From NCBI RefSeq assembly GCF_009914755.1, contig NC_060934.1: DNA of 64,000 bases; one strand, 5' to 3'. Source of the DNA: the human T2T-CHM13v2.0 reference genome, Homo sapiens. Every line of letters starts with the position of its first letter. Within the stretch, counting starts at the first letter, position 1. Below are positions 45,372 through 59,030 of the stretch, in pieces. A program made the position numbers and the translations under genes. A model generated the notes under the pieces. The model made no database searches, was not told the DNA's origin, and worked only from the letters and a program-made list of their open reading frames with translations.

Positions 45372-45864
45372 ATATGAGTTTCCTGTGGCTGCTCTAACAC
45401 ATTACCACAAATTCGAAGGTTTAAAACAACAGAAATTTCTTCTCTCACAGTTCTGGAGGCCAGAAGCCTGACATCAGTTTCACAGAGTCAAAATCAAGGT
45501 GTTGGCAGGATACTCTACAGTCCCTCTGGAGACTTTAGGTGAGAATCCATTCTTTGCTTTTTCCTGGTGGCTGCTGGCATTCCTTTGCTTGTGGCTGTGC
45601 CATTTGAAGGCCAATATCTTCAAGTGTCTCGATGCTATGTCTTCACATAGCCTTCTCCTATGGGTGTCTCCTCCACTCTGTGTCAAATATCCATGTAAAA
45701 AGGTTGCCTGTGATGGCATTTACAGCCTACCTGAATAACTCAGGACAATCTTCCCAACTCAAGATCCTTATCTTAAAACAACCCTTTTTCCAAGTAAGAT
45801 AATACTCACAAGTTCTAAGGATTAGGACCAGATTCTTTTGGGGACCATTTTTCAGGCTTCCACA
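45372..45864 (-). mobile_element. MLT1 (D/E-like) solo LTR
   Basis: gtttcctgtggctgctctaacacattaccacaa...ctcacagttctggaggccagaag...ends ttccaca. Confidence 0.85.
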
Positions 45865-46289
45865 ATACTTAATGTTCTCCCACCACCAAAGAAAATCTGT
45901 CTCTTTTATTTTCTTTATTTTGATGGTTATGAACGTAATTCAAGTTTCTTATCAAAAAGTGTCTTACTGAAAAACTCATAATTTAATATAGAAATGATTA
46001 ATAATTAACCCTTGACATTTGGTATACTTCGTTTTGCTTTTTGCTGTGCCTAAATTTGCATGTGTGAATAAAATAAGGGTTATCCTCTGGGTCTTGTGTC
46101 GTTTTCACTTCCCCCGGTCGTTTTTCCTGACCACACGTTCTTCTCTTGAGGCAGGCATGGGCCCCTAAGGGATTTACATCACGCCACTTACAAGTGTTTG
46201 TTTGACTCTACAGTTTCAGCACACATGAGTCAGAGGAACAGGAGAGCTCTAGTTATCTAGTTATCCTTGGACGTTCCCTATCCATCTCC

Positions 46290-47000
46290 CTGCTTTTAAT
46301 CAAGTCACAAGTCCTAAAGATTCCCTCTGCAAAGTCATCATTTGGCTACCCTAAATTCACACTTCTATTATGCTTCTCCTAGGGAATAACAAGAACCAGA
46401 GCTGGGGTGACAGTAACCCGTACTTCACCCATTTCCAGGGTTACTTCCCTCCAGTGCATCTCCAGTCCTGTTTTCAGCTCTCCATTGCCTGCCCCCTCCC
46501 CTGCCATTTGCATTAAATTAAGTGGAAAATTCTCAGTCCACTATTTAAGGCTAGTTATGTTATAACCCCACCTAATCATCTAACTGACTTGCATTCTATA
46601 TCCCAGCTAAATAGACAGCAGGGACTTTCTGCCCTCATATAACTTCCTGGTCTCTGTACCATTGCTCAAGCATTTCTCCTTCTCTGGAATGCCTCCCATC
46701 CCTCTCCCCACTTTTTTGGTTGTTGAAATTCTACCGTCTTTCCTGGCTTATCTCAGATGCCATCTCAAATCTCCATGAAGTCTTTCTTGACCTTACCCGG
46801 CAGGCGTGACTTATCATTGAGCCTCTTCTATGGGACTTTGTACCTCCACTTTGGGGCTTATCCCATTTTACAGTTATTTGTGTGTTTGTCTTCTCTTTCC
46901 TACTAAATTATACTCTCTTTAGGCCAGGGACTAGGTCTCACTCTTTGTGAAGTTCTCCATGGAATGTTAGTGCCTTCTGAAGTTCCCAGAGCACACTTAG
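46290..47000 (+). mobile_element. L2 (diverged)
   Basis: ctctggaatgcctccc...ctcagatgccatctc...ttatttgtgtgtttgtcttctctttcctactaaatt. Confidence 0.6.
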
Positions 47001-48416
47001 TGTCTTCTGAATGCTGGCCAAGTTGTCGGCAAGAGCATATGCAGTCAGGGCAGTGCTTTGCTTAATATGTCATTGCTGGGGTGAGTGAGAGAGCAAGTGC
47101 TCACTGAGGGGTAATTAGAACCCCTTGTATTTCTATGGACCACACTGATTTTTATTTCCACGTGCATTATCTTGGTGATTCACAAACACCAGTGAAGCCA
47201 TCTCACTACCTTTGCTGTTTCTTTGTACCACCTCCACTATTATTTTGTTAGCATATATTTTTTGAATTGATCCACCTTGCCTATAACAAGCCTTGTCTTA
47301 AGCTATAAAAATCCTTGAAAATACTGGGTTTGATGTGATACCTACGCACATTAAATAATTACAAAACAATTAAGCATCTTCACCACATAATAGTATAAGG
47401 ACTACACTTTGGAAAACCCTGCCTGAGACAGTGGTGGGACTTAAACAAGGTCACAGAGCCATTCTCATTCCACTGGCATATATCCTCAAAATACAAGGCC
47501 TAGAAATAGAACATATAGAGTCTGTGATACTGCATGCTCCATCAGGACAGAGGCCAAGACTGTTTTGCTCACCATCCTATGGCAGGCCCTCTATAATTAT
47601 TTCTTGAATCAGTGTAGAACTTGGACATGCAGACACACATGCACACGTGAACTTGCACACGCACATGGAAAGTCAAAGTTAGTGGCTTTTCAATGTTTTG
47701 ATTCACTATTGACTTTCCTCATCATGTTTTCCTCAGACCTTAATTTAATGGAGTGATATTTGTTTTCCATTCCCCCCAGCCTTTGGCTTCACCTGTGAAA
47801 CTTAGCAAGCTGCTGCTGCAGTTGCTGTGCTGGGACCGGCCAGCCAATCCCTGGCTTGTTGCTTCCTCTGCCACCTCCTTTGGGGCAGTTCCCTTGCCCC
47901 TCTGTCCACTCACATCTGCCACACAGCTGTGAAGCACTTCCCAATACGCAGTGCACGAGAAATGCTTCGTAATTCCACCCAGGCCTTTTGATACTTGCTA
48001 TGGTCAGTCACAAGAGCATCTGTCTCTGTGAATCTCTGAAGTGTCCTCACAGAAGAAAACAATTGCTCTGAAGAGATATTACAGACAGGAAATGCAGCAT
48101 GGCAGTGTCACTTCAGGGTGACAGAGCTGCTCCAAGTTCCCTTTCTCCTCTACTGAATTGTTTAAGCACTTTGTTCATGTTAGACCCAGACTGGGACAAA
48201 GATGGATGCTTATACGTTGGGGATAGATTTTAACAGAATTTCTTCAGTGGAGTGCTCTGCTTCCTTGTTCTTCAGGAATGTGACAGATTGTGGGGAGAGA
48301 TTGCCTGGTGTGAAAAGTGAGGGTTACCTGCAACTCCTTTTGCTTTCCCACCTCAGACCCCAGTGGAGCAAGGGAATGGGGAAGGGAGGCATGATGGGAG
48401 ACCACAGGTTCTAAGA

Positions 48417-48774
48417 CAGGTTGAGCATCCCCCGTCTGGAAAACGAAAGTCTGAAGTGCTCCAAAATCCGAAAATTTTTGAGCACTAACATGACACCACA
48501 AATGGAAAATTCTGCACCTGACCTCATATGATGGGTTGCATGCAAGATGTCTTACAGTCAAGACATAGTCACAACTTTGTTTCACGCACAAAATTATTTA
48601 AAATATTGTATAAAATTATCTTCAGTCTATGTGTACAAGGTGTATATACAACAAAATAATTTTGTATTTAGACTTGGGTCCCATCTCCAAGATATCTCAT
48701 TATGTATATGCAAATATTCCCAAATCCAAAAATCTCCTGGTTCCAAGGATTTCGGATAAGGGATACTCAACCTC
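48417..48774. mobile_element. Tigger4b (MER46B/Zombi) DNA transposon
   Basis: TIRs caggttgagcatccc / gggatactcaacctc followed by TA; internal gacttgggtcccatctccaagatatctcattatgtatatgcaaatattcc. Confidence 0.88.
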
Positions 48775-48789
48775 TAGAAGCAGCATTCA

Positions 48790-48990
48790 TCAGCTCCAGG
48801 GTCAAAAAGAGTGGAGTTCAAATCTCAGCTCAGCTGATGTTAGCCTGTATGTTTCTTGCTTCAGTTTTATCACCTGTAGAAGGGGAAATGATTCCTGTTT
48901 CCCGACATTGCTGACAATGAGGATATATTGGAGGGAAACCATCTTATCACAAAGTATGGCACATAGTGGGTACTGAGAAATGTGAATTCC
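48790..48990 (+). mobile_element. MIR (diverged)
   Basis: gcttcagttttatcacctgtagaagggga...tggcacatagtgggtact. Confidence 0.55.
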
Positions 48991-50356
48991 TTTCTCCTTG
49001 CTGCTAAATATTCCTGCATCATTTGGATCAACTTATTCTGGCATCCCGCTCTCCATTAATGTTTATGATGTCTTCCAATGCCGTGAGCTACAAAGACAAA
49101 ACAGACACAGATGAAGCGACTTGAAATTTTTATAAGGTTGAGTCCAAATGTGCTTCTAGTAGAGCTCAAATTCGGTTGTGATGTTTACAAGAGGTTTCCA
49201 AGCACTGGGTAGGAGGCTGCACATAAAGGTCTTTAGCCTGCCTCTCCATTTAGAGATTCCGTAATTGGTACTCTTTGATCTCACATCATACGGAAGGTAT
49301 CCATATAATTTGTTGTCCAAACTTGGAAACTTTTGAGAGCAAAAGGGGTTGCTATTAAAATCACACCTAGACCACATGTGTAAATTAGGACGCTCAGGTT
49401 AATAGAGTGTATTTTGATCCTGATTAGGGTGCACAACTTTGGCCCAAGCTCAGTGCAAGTTATACAAGTTCATTTACCCAGCTTTCATGTATTTTAAGTC
49501 ATGCCAGTTCTTCTTTTCCTCTTTAGCCAATGACACTTGTTATCTAGGCAGGGACTTTGGGAAGGAAGGTTAACAATGTATGGCACATGATATAGGTAAA
49601 TAACACACCAGATATACATAAAGAGACATATGAAAGCCAGAGGGTGAGCCAGTCCAGGATCCAGATAGTCCTGCAGCTCCCCGCAGTGCCCCCCACCTTC
49701 CCCTTGTAGCCACCGTGACAATCAGCTGCCAAGGGAAGTGTCGTCTGGGGAAAGGCCAACCAGATGCTGCTCCCAGAAAATCCAGGCCAAATTTGACATC
49801 TGTTTGTGGTCTCAATGGTTGGCTCTAATGTTCCAAATTCATGAGGATGAAAATTAAAGGGAGAACTTTCATCACTGCAGTCCTCAGGTACCAAGTGAGC
49901 CTCTCAAATGTCTCTGGGGACCAAGATGCTGCAGCAGGTAGCTTAAACTTTACAATGAGTGCTGCCTAAATGGGGACAGGGATGTGGGAGGCAGGCCCAA
50001 AAGCGCAGACTGTGAGCTTGAAGGGGCCCTTAGGGATGTTTTGAGGCAAAGAGGAAGAAGATATGGGATTACAATGAGTAGATTTGGATTTTCCTGTCTG
50101 TTAGAGAGGAACCTTGGTGTTCTCACCTGGAAATTGGGGATAACCAATTTCCACCAATGTTCACTGTCCAGAGTCACTGGAAAGGTAAAATGAGATAATG
50201 AACAGGAAGGAGCTTACAAACCACAAATTCCTATATAAATGCCAGATGTCATCATTATTGGAGATCCTCAATTAAAACCCCTGAATTCACAGATAAAAAC
50301 CTGAGGTTCAAGGAAGTCAAGATTCTGGCTCAGTGTCAACAAATCCATCAATAAGA

Positions 50357-50718
50357 AGGGATGTCAATGGCATATTTGTGATGAGGGAGGGGGACAAGTT
50401 CCTTCACAGGGAGGGATGTCCACGATGTGTGTGTGATGGGGGAGGGAGGACAGGTTCTTTCATAGTGGGGGACTGTTCATGGCATCTGTGTGATGGGGGA
50501 AGGCAAGTCCCTTCATGAACTGGGAAACAGTCCATGGCATATGTGTGATGGGGAGGGGGAAAAGTCTCTCTATGGAGGGGGATGCCCATGACATATGTTT
50601 GATGGGGGAGGGGGACAAGTGCTTTCATAGGAGGGGGACTGCCTCTGGCATGTGTGTGATGGGGAGGGGGACAAGTCCCTTCATGGGGGGATGTTCATGG
50701 CATGTGTGTGATGGGGAA
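50357..50718. repeat. G-rich minisatellite, ~55-bp unit x ~7
   Basis: Recurrent (g)tgatgggg/gagggggacaagt motif; the gatg falls at 50380, 50435, 50492, 50547, 50601, 50658 and 50710. Confidence 0.92.
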
Positions 50719-51109
50719 GAGTTGACTGAGAAGGTAAAATTGAACTAAAACAGAAAACCAGGGACAAATCAAGAAGGCAAAAAATATTTTCAAGGAATGT
50801 AATTTAAATTTGTGCTAGATGAGATGAGAAAAATGATGCCATGGTTATTTTTTTAGGCAGCAGGAGCCTTCACATCTTTTAATTCCTCATCATCATGGAC
50901 ACTGACTAGAGTTGATTTCATCTGGACCTTTTCATCATGAGGCTTTGAGGCTATAGCCGATTATACTGGTAATCCAGCTGTGTCATCTCTGATTAAAAAG
51001 GCTCCTTGGGCTTGCCTGTCCTGCTCTTACACTAACGCATGCAACGGGGGCCTGGCCAGGTTGCAAAAGGATATGAGGGCCAGAGAAGATCTATCTTTAA
51101 GTAGGAGAC

Positions 51110-51365
51110 GGTTGAGGCAGCTTAACAGAGCAACTAAGAGCACAGACCCTGGAGCCAGACTGGCTGGGGAAGAATCCCAGTGTTGCCGCTGACCAGCTTT
51201 GCCACCTTCAGCAAGTTACCTAACCTTTCTGTGCCTTGGTTTTCTCATCAGTAGAGTAAGAATATAATCAGTCTTCACATGATGTGAGGCTGAAACAAGT
51301 TAATACATTTTAAATGCTTAGAAAGGTACCTGGCAAACATTCAGCTCTATTTATTGTTTGTTATT
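51110..51365 (+). mobile_element. MIR, near full length
   Basis: taagagcacagaccctggagccagactggctggg...gcaagttacctaacctttctgtgccttggttttctcatc. Confidence 0.85.
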
Positions 51366-52742
51366 TTATTAAAAATAAAATGAATGTTATCGATGGACAT
51401 GGGTGAGAAGCAGTGAGGAGTAGAAAGAACATAAGCTTGGCCATCAGACAGACTTGCATTTGAATCCTGATTCCACAACCTTTTAAAATCAACATTTATA
51501 TTTTTCTAATTATAAAAGGCATATGTATTTATAGCAGAAAATTTAGAAAATACAGGAAGTAAAGACCAACCCTAAATGTACCACAGGCAGATGGCCACCA
51601 TATTTCGTGTTGTTGGCAATGATATTTGCACTGGAGCCTTGCTCTGATGCTAGTGGCTTCTTGGTTTTTATTATTCCTCCTCTCTTTGTATATCCCTCAG
51701 AGAGATATCTAGGAATCATTTCAGGGCGAGGCACTGTGAATGCTCAGTAAAGAAAATATTTTTTGACAATGAGAAGACCTTTGATATGTAACTCAGAGCC
51801 TTTAATCCACACTCTTTTTATAGTTTGTTCCTGACATTTAGGAGCTAGGGTTTCTGGTGATAAAGCATGCCAAACATTTAGATTGAAACTTATAAATTCC
51901 TTCTTCCAACTTCCCTGCTGTAATTACTTAGCTGCCCACATTATTGTTGTCAATTGCCAAGGGTGGCTGGTGAGTGAGAGGTAGGTTATTTGTACCTGGT
52001 GTGGGTCACACTCCCACTTGGTCTGAGTGTTTTGTTTAATGCTCCACAAGAAGGCCATCGATGGGTAACAGAGTAGAAGTAATAGGAGAAGTCTACTGGG
52101 TGATGATTTGGCAGCTCAAGGAAAGTTGTAAATTAGGCTCTCAGAAGGGAACTTTCTGGCAAACTCAGTGAACAAACACAAGGTATGCGCTGGCCAGAAC
52201 TTGTAATAAGCTGACTTTCTCTTTCACTGGTGGTTTCCTCTTGTTGGTTTTTTGGTGAAGTGGTTAGACGTGTTAACTATTGCCCAAACAGAATATGGAC
52301 TGTTCTGGGGTTGGGGATGCAGGGGTGGCCAACAGTGGGGAAGAGGAAGGGTGTAAATGTATGGATCCACAAGTCCGAGCAGTCTTCTATGATATTGGAG
52401 AAGGGTTGACAGTGTAACCAAATCTATGCCTGGTCACTATCCGTGAGCAACGGCGCACGGACTAAGTGCTCCCAATAACCCTTCTCTCTGCTTTCAACTT
52501 CAGGGGTGCAGAGGGCCTATAATGTAAAATCATGACACTGATAGAAACCTTAAGGAGGTTTCTCTCATTTCTCCCATTTAGTAAGCAAACTAGACCTTGT
52601 CATATATGGCGAATCCAATTGTGTAAGTTAATTCTCTTATCTTTAGTCATTGTAACAGCAACCTACACTAGTGGTGAAGCTAGAAATGGGTCTATCTTTC
52701 CCACCGAGGCCCATGTGAATATGGCCAAGTACCCACTTTAAT

Positions 52743-52878
52743 TAGGGCAACCAAACATTTTAATTTGCCCAGGGCAGTCATAATTTATGCCTCTTGTTCT
52801 AAAGAATACATATCTATAAAACCCCCCTTTATTCTCAAAAATTTCCCAGTTAAAATAATAAATTATATGGGTCCCCCA
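52743..52878 (-). mobile_element. MER94-like hAT MITE
   Basis: tagggcaacca...tttgcccaggg...cccctttattctcaaaa...ataaattatatgggtcccc. Confidence 0.65.
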
Positions 52879-53062
52879 ACATGAACAAAATCAGGGAGGA
52901 GCCCTCCAACACACAGGCCAACTTTTCACACTGTCGCTTTGCTCAGAAAAAGTTCCATTGTCTCTAAAAGACTCTTAGCCCTGGGGTCATGGGCTGATTT
53001 TTTTTTTTTTTTAATTTCTCTAGCAATATTGCTCCCCAACCAGGGACCACTGCCTTTTAGTG

Positions 53063-53283
53063 CATTGTTTTTCAAACTCTTTTCAGCAGCAGAATCTATT
53101 TTTTCAGATGAAAAGTTAGGCAGAGCTCCAATGTTTAAAGCAGATAAAGTAGAGCTTTTCCTGGTTGAAGTGGGGGCGGGAAGCTCAGATACCCACACAT
53201 TTGGCCTCTCTTGTTCTTTCCTTCTGGTGTGGGTCCCTACTGAATTTTATGGTTTTGTGGAACATAGATTAAAATTTACCACC
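53063..53283 (+). mobile_element. MER112-like hAT-Charlie element
   Basis: ttttcaaactcttttcagcagcagaatc...aagcagataaagtagagc...ctggttgaagtggggg. Confidence 0.7.
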
Positions 53284-54597
53284 AGAGCATAACGCTACCA
53301 TCAATTTAATGTGTTGCCAGTTTCTCGATGAAATAGTTTTGTTCCTTAGTAAAGTCAGGTTAGCAATACCACATTTATTTTACCTTGGCATAAGTTAATA
53401 ATGATCAGGCTCTTAAAAAATATTACCCCAGGTCTCACCCTCAATTCTAAGTTAGGCTACTCCATCGCCTTAATTCTTCCAACCAATGGAATCTTGACTA
53501 CTTGTTTTGATGTCCTCTCCACGGAACATGTCTGAGGAATGACCATACCATGGCCTGTTTTACCAACCACAGGTCTCCTGGCCCCTGATCATGGTAATCC
53601 TCTGATCTCACTTGTTCCCTTTCTGGGCCCTTCTGCCCAATTCTAGCTTTATGGCTTCTCCTCTGTAACCTTATCGTTTGTCTAGGATTTGAAATGCTGT
53701 TCCAGCAGACTTATTTTTCTCCTCATCGTCTCAAATCTTGAGCAGGTCATCCTAGGTCCCCTCTTTTGTTGAATTCTCAGTCTATTTAAAAATTCTCTGT
53801 ATTTTTAAAAATGCCTTCACAGAACCCATCATACATTAAAAACCCTCCCTCACTGAATCTCAGGAGTCCCTTCCAGCTTTGCCAGTTCCATTATTTTAGA
53901 CAGCTTATCCAAATACAGTCTTTCATCAGAAACAGCCGCATACGTACTATTCCACACCTATATTTCAACCACAGTTGACTCACCAGCCTGAGGACCCCCG
54001 TCAATTCTCAATGATTCTGGGGATCAGGTTATTTTTCTTGGCACAAATCCAAAGCATTGAGGCTAGGATTCAATATTAAGCTGATCTCCCTAGGATGTCA
54101 TTAAGAGGGTTTAGTTACTGAAACACCAAAGGATATTGTCATAACACAGCAATTTCATTCAAAATGGCCTCATGCCCCAGATCGTTGCAACTGCTGCATT
54201 ATAAATCTCTAATGCCCTTGGGGTGGGGGTTGGGTGGAGTGGAGGCTCATCAGCAAAGGATGCCTTTGCATATTTGTTTATTTATTCAAAAATGTTTAAA
54301 ATGAAGTATTTTCTTGACAGCTGATTTGAGGTACTAGTAATTGCTTCTAGATATATAGAAATATCCAAAGGTTTTCTTCAACTTTTTCTTATTTGAGATA
54401 TTTGTGAAAAAGTCATTTATACCTTGAATGATATACATTCATATATATTGCACATTACATATAGAAAAGTTGGTCTGGATTTTTTTAAAAAGGATTTTTT
54501 TTCTGTATTTAATAAGCTCTTGTCATGCAATTCCTCAAACTTACATACTCTTATAAGGGGGAAGAATCAAAAAATAATTTCAACTTAAATCAGAGGA

Positions 54598-54816
54598 TAG
54601 GGTCTCTCAACCTTGGCAATATTGACATTTTGGGCCAGATTTTTTCTTTGTTGTTGGGTACTGTCCTGTGCATTGTAGGGTTTAGCAGCATCCTTGACTT
54701 CTACCCAGTAGATACCAATAATATGCTCTCTCCGACCCAGCTGTGACAATCAAAAATGTTTCTGGATATTATCAATATGCTTTGGGGTGCTAAACTGATC
54801 TGGTTGAGGACCACTA
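54598..54816 (-). mobile_element. MER20
   Basis: attgacattttgggccagat...ctgtcctgtgcattgtagg...tttagcagcatcc...gtgacaatcaaaaatgtttc...ggttgaggaccact. Confidence 0.88.
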
Positions 54817-55091
54817 CCATAGAAAGCGGAATGATGCAAGAGGAAGAATTGTACATAGAACAGTCTATGGCATGATAGCAACTTCAACTCCAGCCCCATC
54901 CATCAGGGGTGATGGGGATCAAGAGTTGGCTTGCTTGCAGAATGAGGCAACATGGAACTATGAGAGATTTTCTTCCAACAGACGCTGGTATTTCTATTAA
55001 GTTTCTCCTTTTACAATTTTTTAAAGCACCTTTTGCCTTTGGAAGTAACCTCATGTAGAAAGCATGCAGAGTTCTAAAATGCTAAGTAACT

Positions 55092-55092
55092 G

Positions 55093-55124
<32 letters not shown>

Positions 55125-55180
55125 TATTTATATATATTATGTATCTTTTTATATTGTATATATAAATATATATATATATT
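55092..55180. repeat. (TA)n / AT-rich repeat
   Basis: Direct reading. Confidence 0.95.
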
Positions 55181-55210
55181 TAGGTAAAGCCAACAATTCA
55201 GGGATGTACT

Positions 55211-55694
55211 TATATCAGTTAGTTTTTGCTTCTAAGCAAACCAGTCCAAATCTCAGTGGCTAAAAAAGACACTTACTGCTCATGCATCAGGTTGGCTGGG
55301 GTTCCACACATCCAGGTTGGACTTGACTGGGCAGCTCTGCTTCCCAGTGTAGGTCTCTGGGTCAAGTGGGGCTGCAGCAGCTGGATGAGCTCTGCTTCAT
55401 GTCTCCCTCCTTGTCCTGGGACCAGTGGGCTACTTGGGGGATGTTTGGCTCATGGTGATGGCAGAGGTATAAGAGGATAAGCAGAAACACATAAGACTTC
55501 TTGAGACCTAGGCTCAGAACTAGGATACCACCACTACTGCCTCATTTCATTGGCCAAAGCAAATCGCATGGCTGCCCCTTTAGTGGGGAGAGCTGCAAAG
55601 TCATATGGCAAAAGGCATATGGATACAGTGGGTGGGTGGTGGGGACGTGTGTGTCAGGGGAAAAGAACCATGGTCAATGACACGATCTATCACA
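55211..55694 (-). mobile_element. MLT1 (H-like) solo LTR
   Basis: ccaaatctcagtggcta...catggtgatggcagagg...cattggccaaagcaaatcgcatggc...ends tctatcaca. Confidence 0.8.
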
Positions 55695-56649
55695 GCTCTT
55701 ACGTTTAGAGTAATAATTTTGCTTTTATATAATTTCAGAACTGCACTCCTTATTTTTTTTCTGGACACCTCTGTAATGAGAGAATATAATCACAGGACCG
55801 TTTTAAGAATGGAATCATCTGGTAGGGAAGAGTGAGCCAAACAAACTCTCAGAAATTTTATTTTAACTCCAGTTAGCTCAGTCTTGTATGAATTAAGCAG
55901 CATTATATTTCTGTGGTTTTTAGAAAATGGAAAAAGCTGGATTTGTCCAACACAGGGGCAGAGAAGAAATGCATTTTCAAAGATGTTTGTGAGATTAAAA
56001 TGCAAAAACACCTATTTTTAAGGATTGGCAGATTGCAGATGTGTTGGCCAGAGGAATGTTGAGTGAAAATCTCTGGAATGTTTTAGCAACCTTTAAAATT
56101 TATTACCAGGAAATGTGTGCTGCTTGCCTTCTCTGCATCTTTTCAAAAGGTCTCTTGTAAATCCAGTCAAGCCTAGTCCAGGTAGGGAGGTTTGGAAACA
56201 GTGATAAGTAAAAGGCATTCTCTGCTGCTGTGCCTCAGCTCCAGCCTGACCAAACACCGTTAATATGTAACCCGAATCTGACCACTTCTTTTATGTTTAC
56301 ATTTGGTTTCAGTGTTATTTTTAACTGGTGAAAGAGCAGTTCAAAGTCATTTTTTTTTTCTTGGCACTTACCATAATCTCTCAAGGCTCAGTAGCAGAAT
56401 GGCAATAAGTCACGTCAGGGGTCTTTAAACCTGGTGGAATTAAAAATCACTTACCTTATTACACATGTGAATGTGCTGAAGATGGATGGGTCAGGGTTTT
56501 CAAGGATAAGACATTATATCAGAAATCATGTTTAATTGTTTTTACTGAGACCTTAGATTTTGAGGATGGTCTACACATTTGGCACAATTCATCCAAAATG
56601 GGGGTGTACTCCACATCTATCAGAAGAGCTCAGAAACAATGAAACCAGA

Positions 56650-57265
56650 CCAAACCAAAATGCTGAGCATGTAAGTACTGGAGAGGATACAGAGCAATGG
56701 GAACTTTCAAATATTGCTGTTAGAAATGTCAAATGGTTCAGCCACTTTGGAAAAGAGTTTTATAGTTTCTTAGTAAAATGTATGCTTACCATAAGACCCA
56801 GAATCTCACTCCTAGGTAGTAACCCCAAATAAATTAAAACTGTGTTCACACACAAACTTCTACATGGAAGTTGATTATGGCTTTAATTGGTGAATGGATA
56901 AACAAACTGTGGTGCATCTATACAGTGGAAAATTACTTAGCAATACATAGGAATGAACTACTGATACATGAAATTACATGGTTAAAGCTCAAAGGCATTA
57001 TGCTGAGTAAAATAAGCCAGACTCAAAAGGCTATAAACTGTGTGATTCCATGTATATGACATTTTGAAAAAAAGCAAGCCTATAGAAAAAGAGAATATAT
57101 TAGTGATTGCCAGAGGTTAGGGTCAGGGGCTAGCTATAAAGGGGCATACAAGAAATTTGGGGGGTGATGGAATTATTCTGTATCTTAATTGTGGGAGTGG
57201 TTACTTGACTGCATATGTATATCAAAACTCACAGAACTGCACACTAACAAGGGTGAATTTATCCT
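56650..57265 (+). mobile_element. L1M (MB/MC-like) 3' region
   Basis: ORF 56871-57059 GEWINKLWCIYTVENYLAIHRNELLIHEITWLKLKGIMLSKISQTQK matches the L1 ORF2 C-terminus. Confidence 0.85.
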
Positions 57266-57540
57266 AAAATAAGCCTAATTTGTAAAAACTTGTGGTCCCC
57301 CAGAATCTCCTGTTTTTATATTTATCAATATAACATATATATTTGTATGGCCACCAACTCATGCCTGCTTCTTTGGAAATGGTTTCCTGCCCACAGTCCC
57401 TGCTGAAAGAATGGGCATAGACTATGCTTCTTCTAGCTGATTCCATATCCAGACCCCACTCGATGGGACCATGGGTAGACATCTACCCTGAACTGAAACA
57501 GTAAGATGCTCTCTGTTGAGAGTTTAAGAGACATTGAAAT

Positions 57541-57960
57541 CCAGCCCAGAGGGTGTAGATTTTGGCCTGCAGGTATGTTTTGTTTGGCACAGTGTTTAAA
57601 GAAAATTAGTTGCCAGCATAAAAAAGTGGGAGATTTCACATAGAAATCCAGATTTCCGGCTTCTCTTGAAGAAATGGGAGGATCCGGTAAAATGGTCCCA
57701 AATTCCTGCATGAAGACAATGGCTGGAGCTGAGATCCATTGCCCCCTTCACACCAGTATGCACTCTCCATCTGCACAGCTCCTGCCACTCCCTGTGTGAA
57801 GCCCAGGGGTGGCTGTGCTGGTGCTATTAGTGGGCTTTTATAGTTATAGGAAATAGAAAATCTTTCTTATATTTTTTTCTGTATCAAAACTGGGAAAACT
57901 GAAGATAGGCCATATTTTATGAAAAATGGGAATAAGCATATGACTTTGTGAAAGTAATGA
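57541..57960 (+). mobile_element. Charlie8/MER102-type hAT transposon, 5' part
   Basis: ggcctgcaggtatgttttgtttggc...gggagatttcacatagaaatccagatttccggcttctcttgaa...caatggctggagctgag. Confidence 0.75.
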
Positions 57961-58262
57961 CTCTTCTAGTGGCTTATAAGAAACAAACTAAATGTGTCTG
58001 CTGAAAGAATATACACTGATTCCTTTCTGAAACAAATGTAGCTTTCTGCACTCATCCATGCTGCCTTCCTGGTCTCTGTAGGGATTTGAGTTTGCCCTGC
58101 TCTCCCAGTCAAAAGGTTTCTGAGTAAAAGAGTGCTAAGGTTGCATAAAGTTGAAGATAAATAGGCACCATGACGAGCTATATCCACATGCAAGCTTGTG
58201 TCACTGGGGAGGAGAAATTGAGAGCCTTACAAAGAAGCAAGTCTATAGAGATTGAAAAATAA

Positions 58263-58263
<1 letters not shown>

Positions 58264-58309
<46 letters not shown>
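58264..58309. repeat. Compound (TG)n(AG)n microsatellite
   Basis: Direct reading. Confidence 0.97.
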
Positions 58310-58310
<1 letters not shown>

Positions 58311-58404
58311 ATTGAGAAGCATACAGCTGTTCAAAGGAGAGTATAAGTGAATTTTCTTTAATCACTTATAGAAGGAGGTGGGATTATAACCGAAGTCCTC
58401 CGAT

Positions 58405-58559
58405 CAGTGCTTCTCAAACTTTAACAGGCACACATATCCTGGGGAGCTTGTGAAAATGGCCATTCTCATCCAGCACATCTGGAGTGAGGTCTGAGATTCT
58501 GCATTTGTAATGAGATCCCAGGTGATGTCAATGCTGCTGACCACATTTTGAGCAGCAAG
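58405..58559. mobile_element. MER5 (A1/B-like) MITE
   Basis: cagtgcttctcaaacttt...ctgagattctgcatttgtaa...cccaggtgatgtcaatgctgctg. Confidence 0.8.
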
Positions 58560-58829
58560 GCCCCAAATCATACAGTCTACAAAGAAATGGTAAAAATTTA
58601 CCAGCCTCAGTTTTGCTTTTTAACCACCATCTCTCCATTGAAGGACTTGGTATAATCAGTTTACGGTCACTTACCAAAGAATATCACTCCCCCTGAACAA
58701 GGTGCTATTTACAGGTTAGTGGGTGCTGGCACTCTGGAAAGAAAGAATAATTTTGTGATTGCCTGGCTGGCACCTTAAGAGAAGCCATCTGGATTAGCAG
58801 CCCAGCTGAGGGACTGTGCACCCTCCCTG

Positions 58830-59030
58830 CTTAGTCTTGGCTGGTTTGCTCTGTGGCCTTAGGCAAATCACCATAGTCTCTGCTTTCTCACCACTCAAAC
58901 GGAAGTTAAGTTTTTGACCTTGTAGGATATTGTGAAAGATTTAATTAGCATTTGTGAAATCTTGCAAGATCTATAGAGGAAAGGTACTTCAGAAGAACAC
59001 AATAATTTATAGTCACTATCATCATTTCAT
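58830..59030 (+). mobile_element. MIR (diverged)
   Basis: gctctgtggccttaggcaaatcac...aggatattgtgaaagatttaa. Confidence 0.5.

Noticed and set aside
49680-49700. CTCF-like cagtgcccccca (also weak matches at ~9955, ~27757 and ~51585)
   Set aside because: Mismatches at core positions; cannot be supported without ChIP data
50357-50718. Repeat array considered as CRISPR-like
   Set aside because: Eukaryotic context, whole units are homologous with no unique spacers, and no cas genes: an ordinary minisatellite
57281-57540. Possible old ERVL-type LTR fragment
   Set aside because: Too diverged to assign family or boundaries by eye
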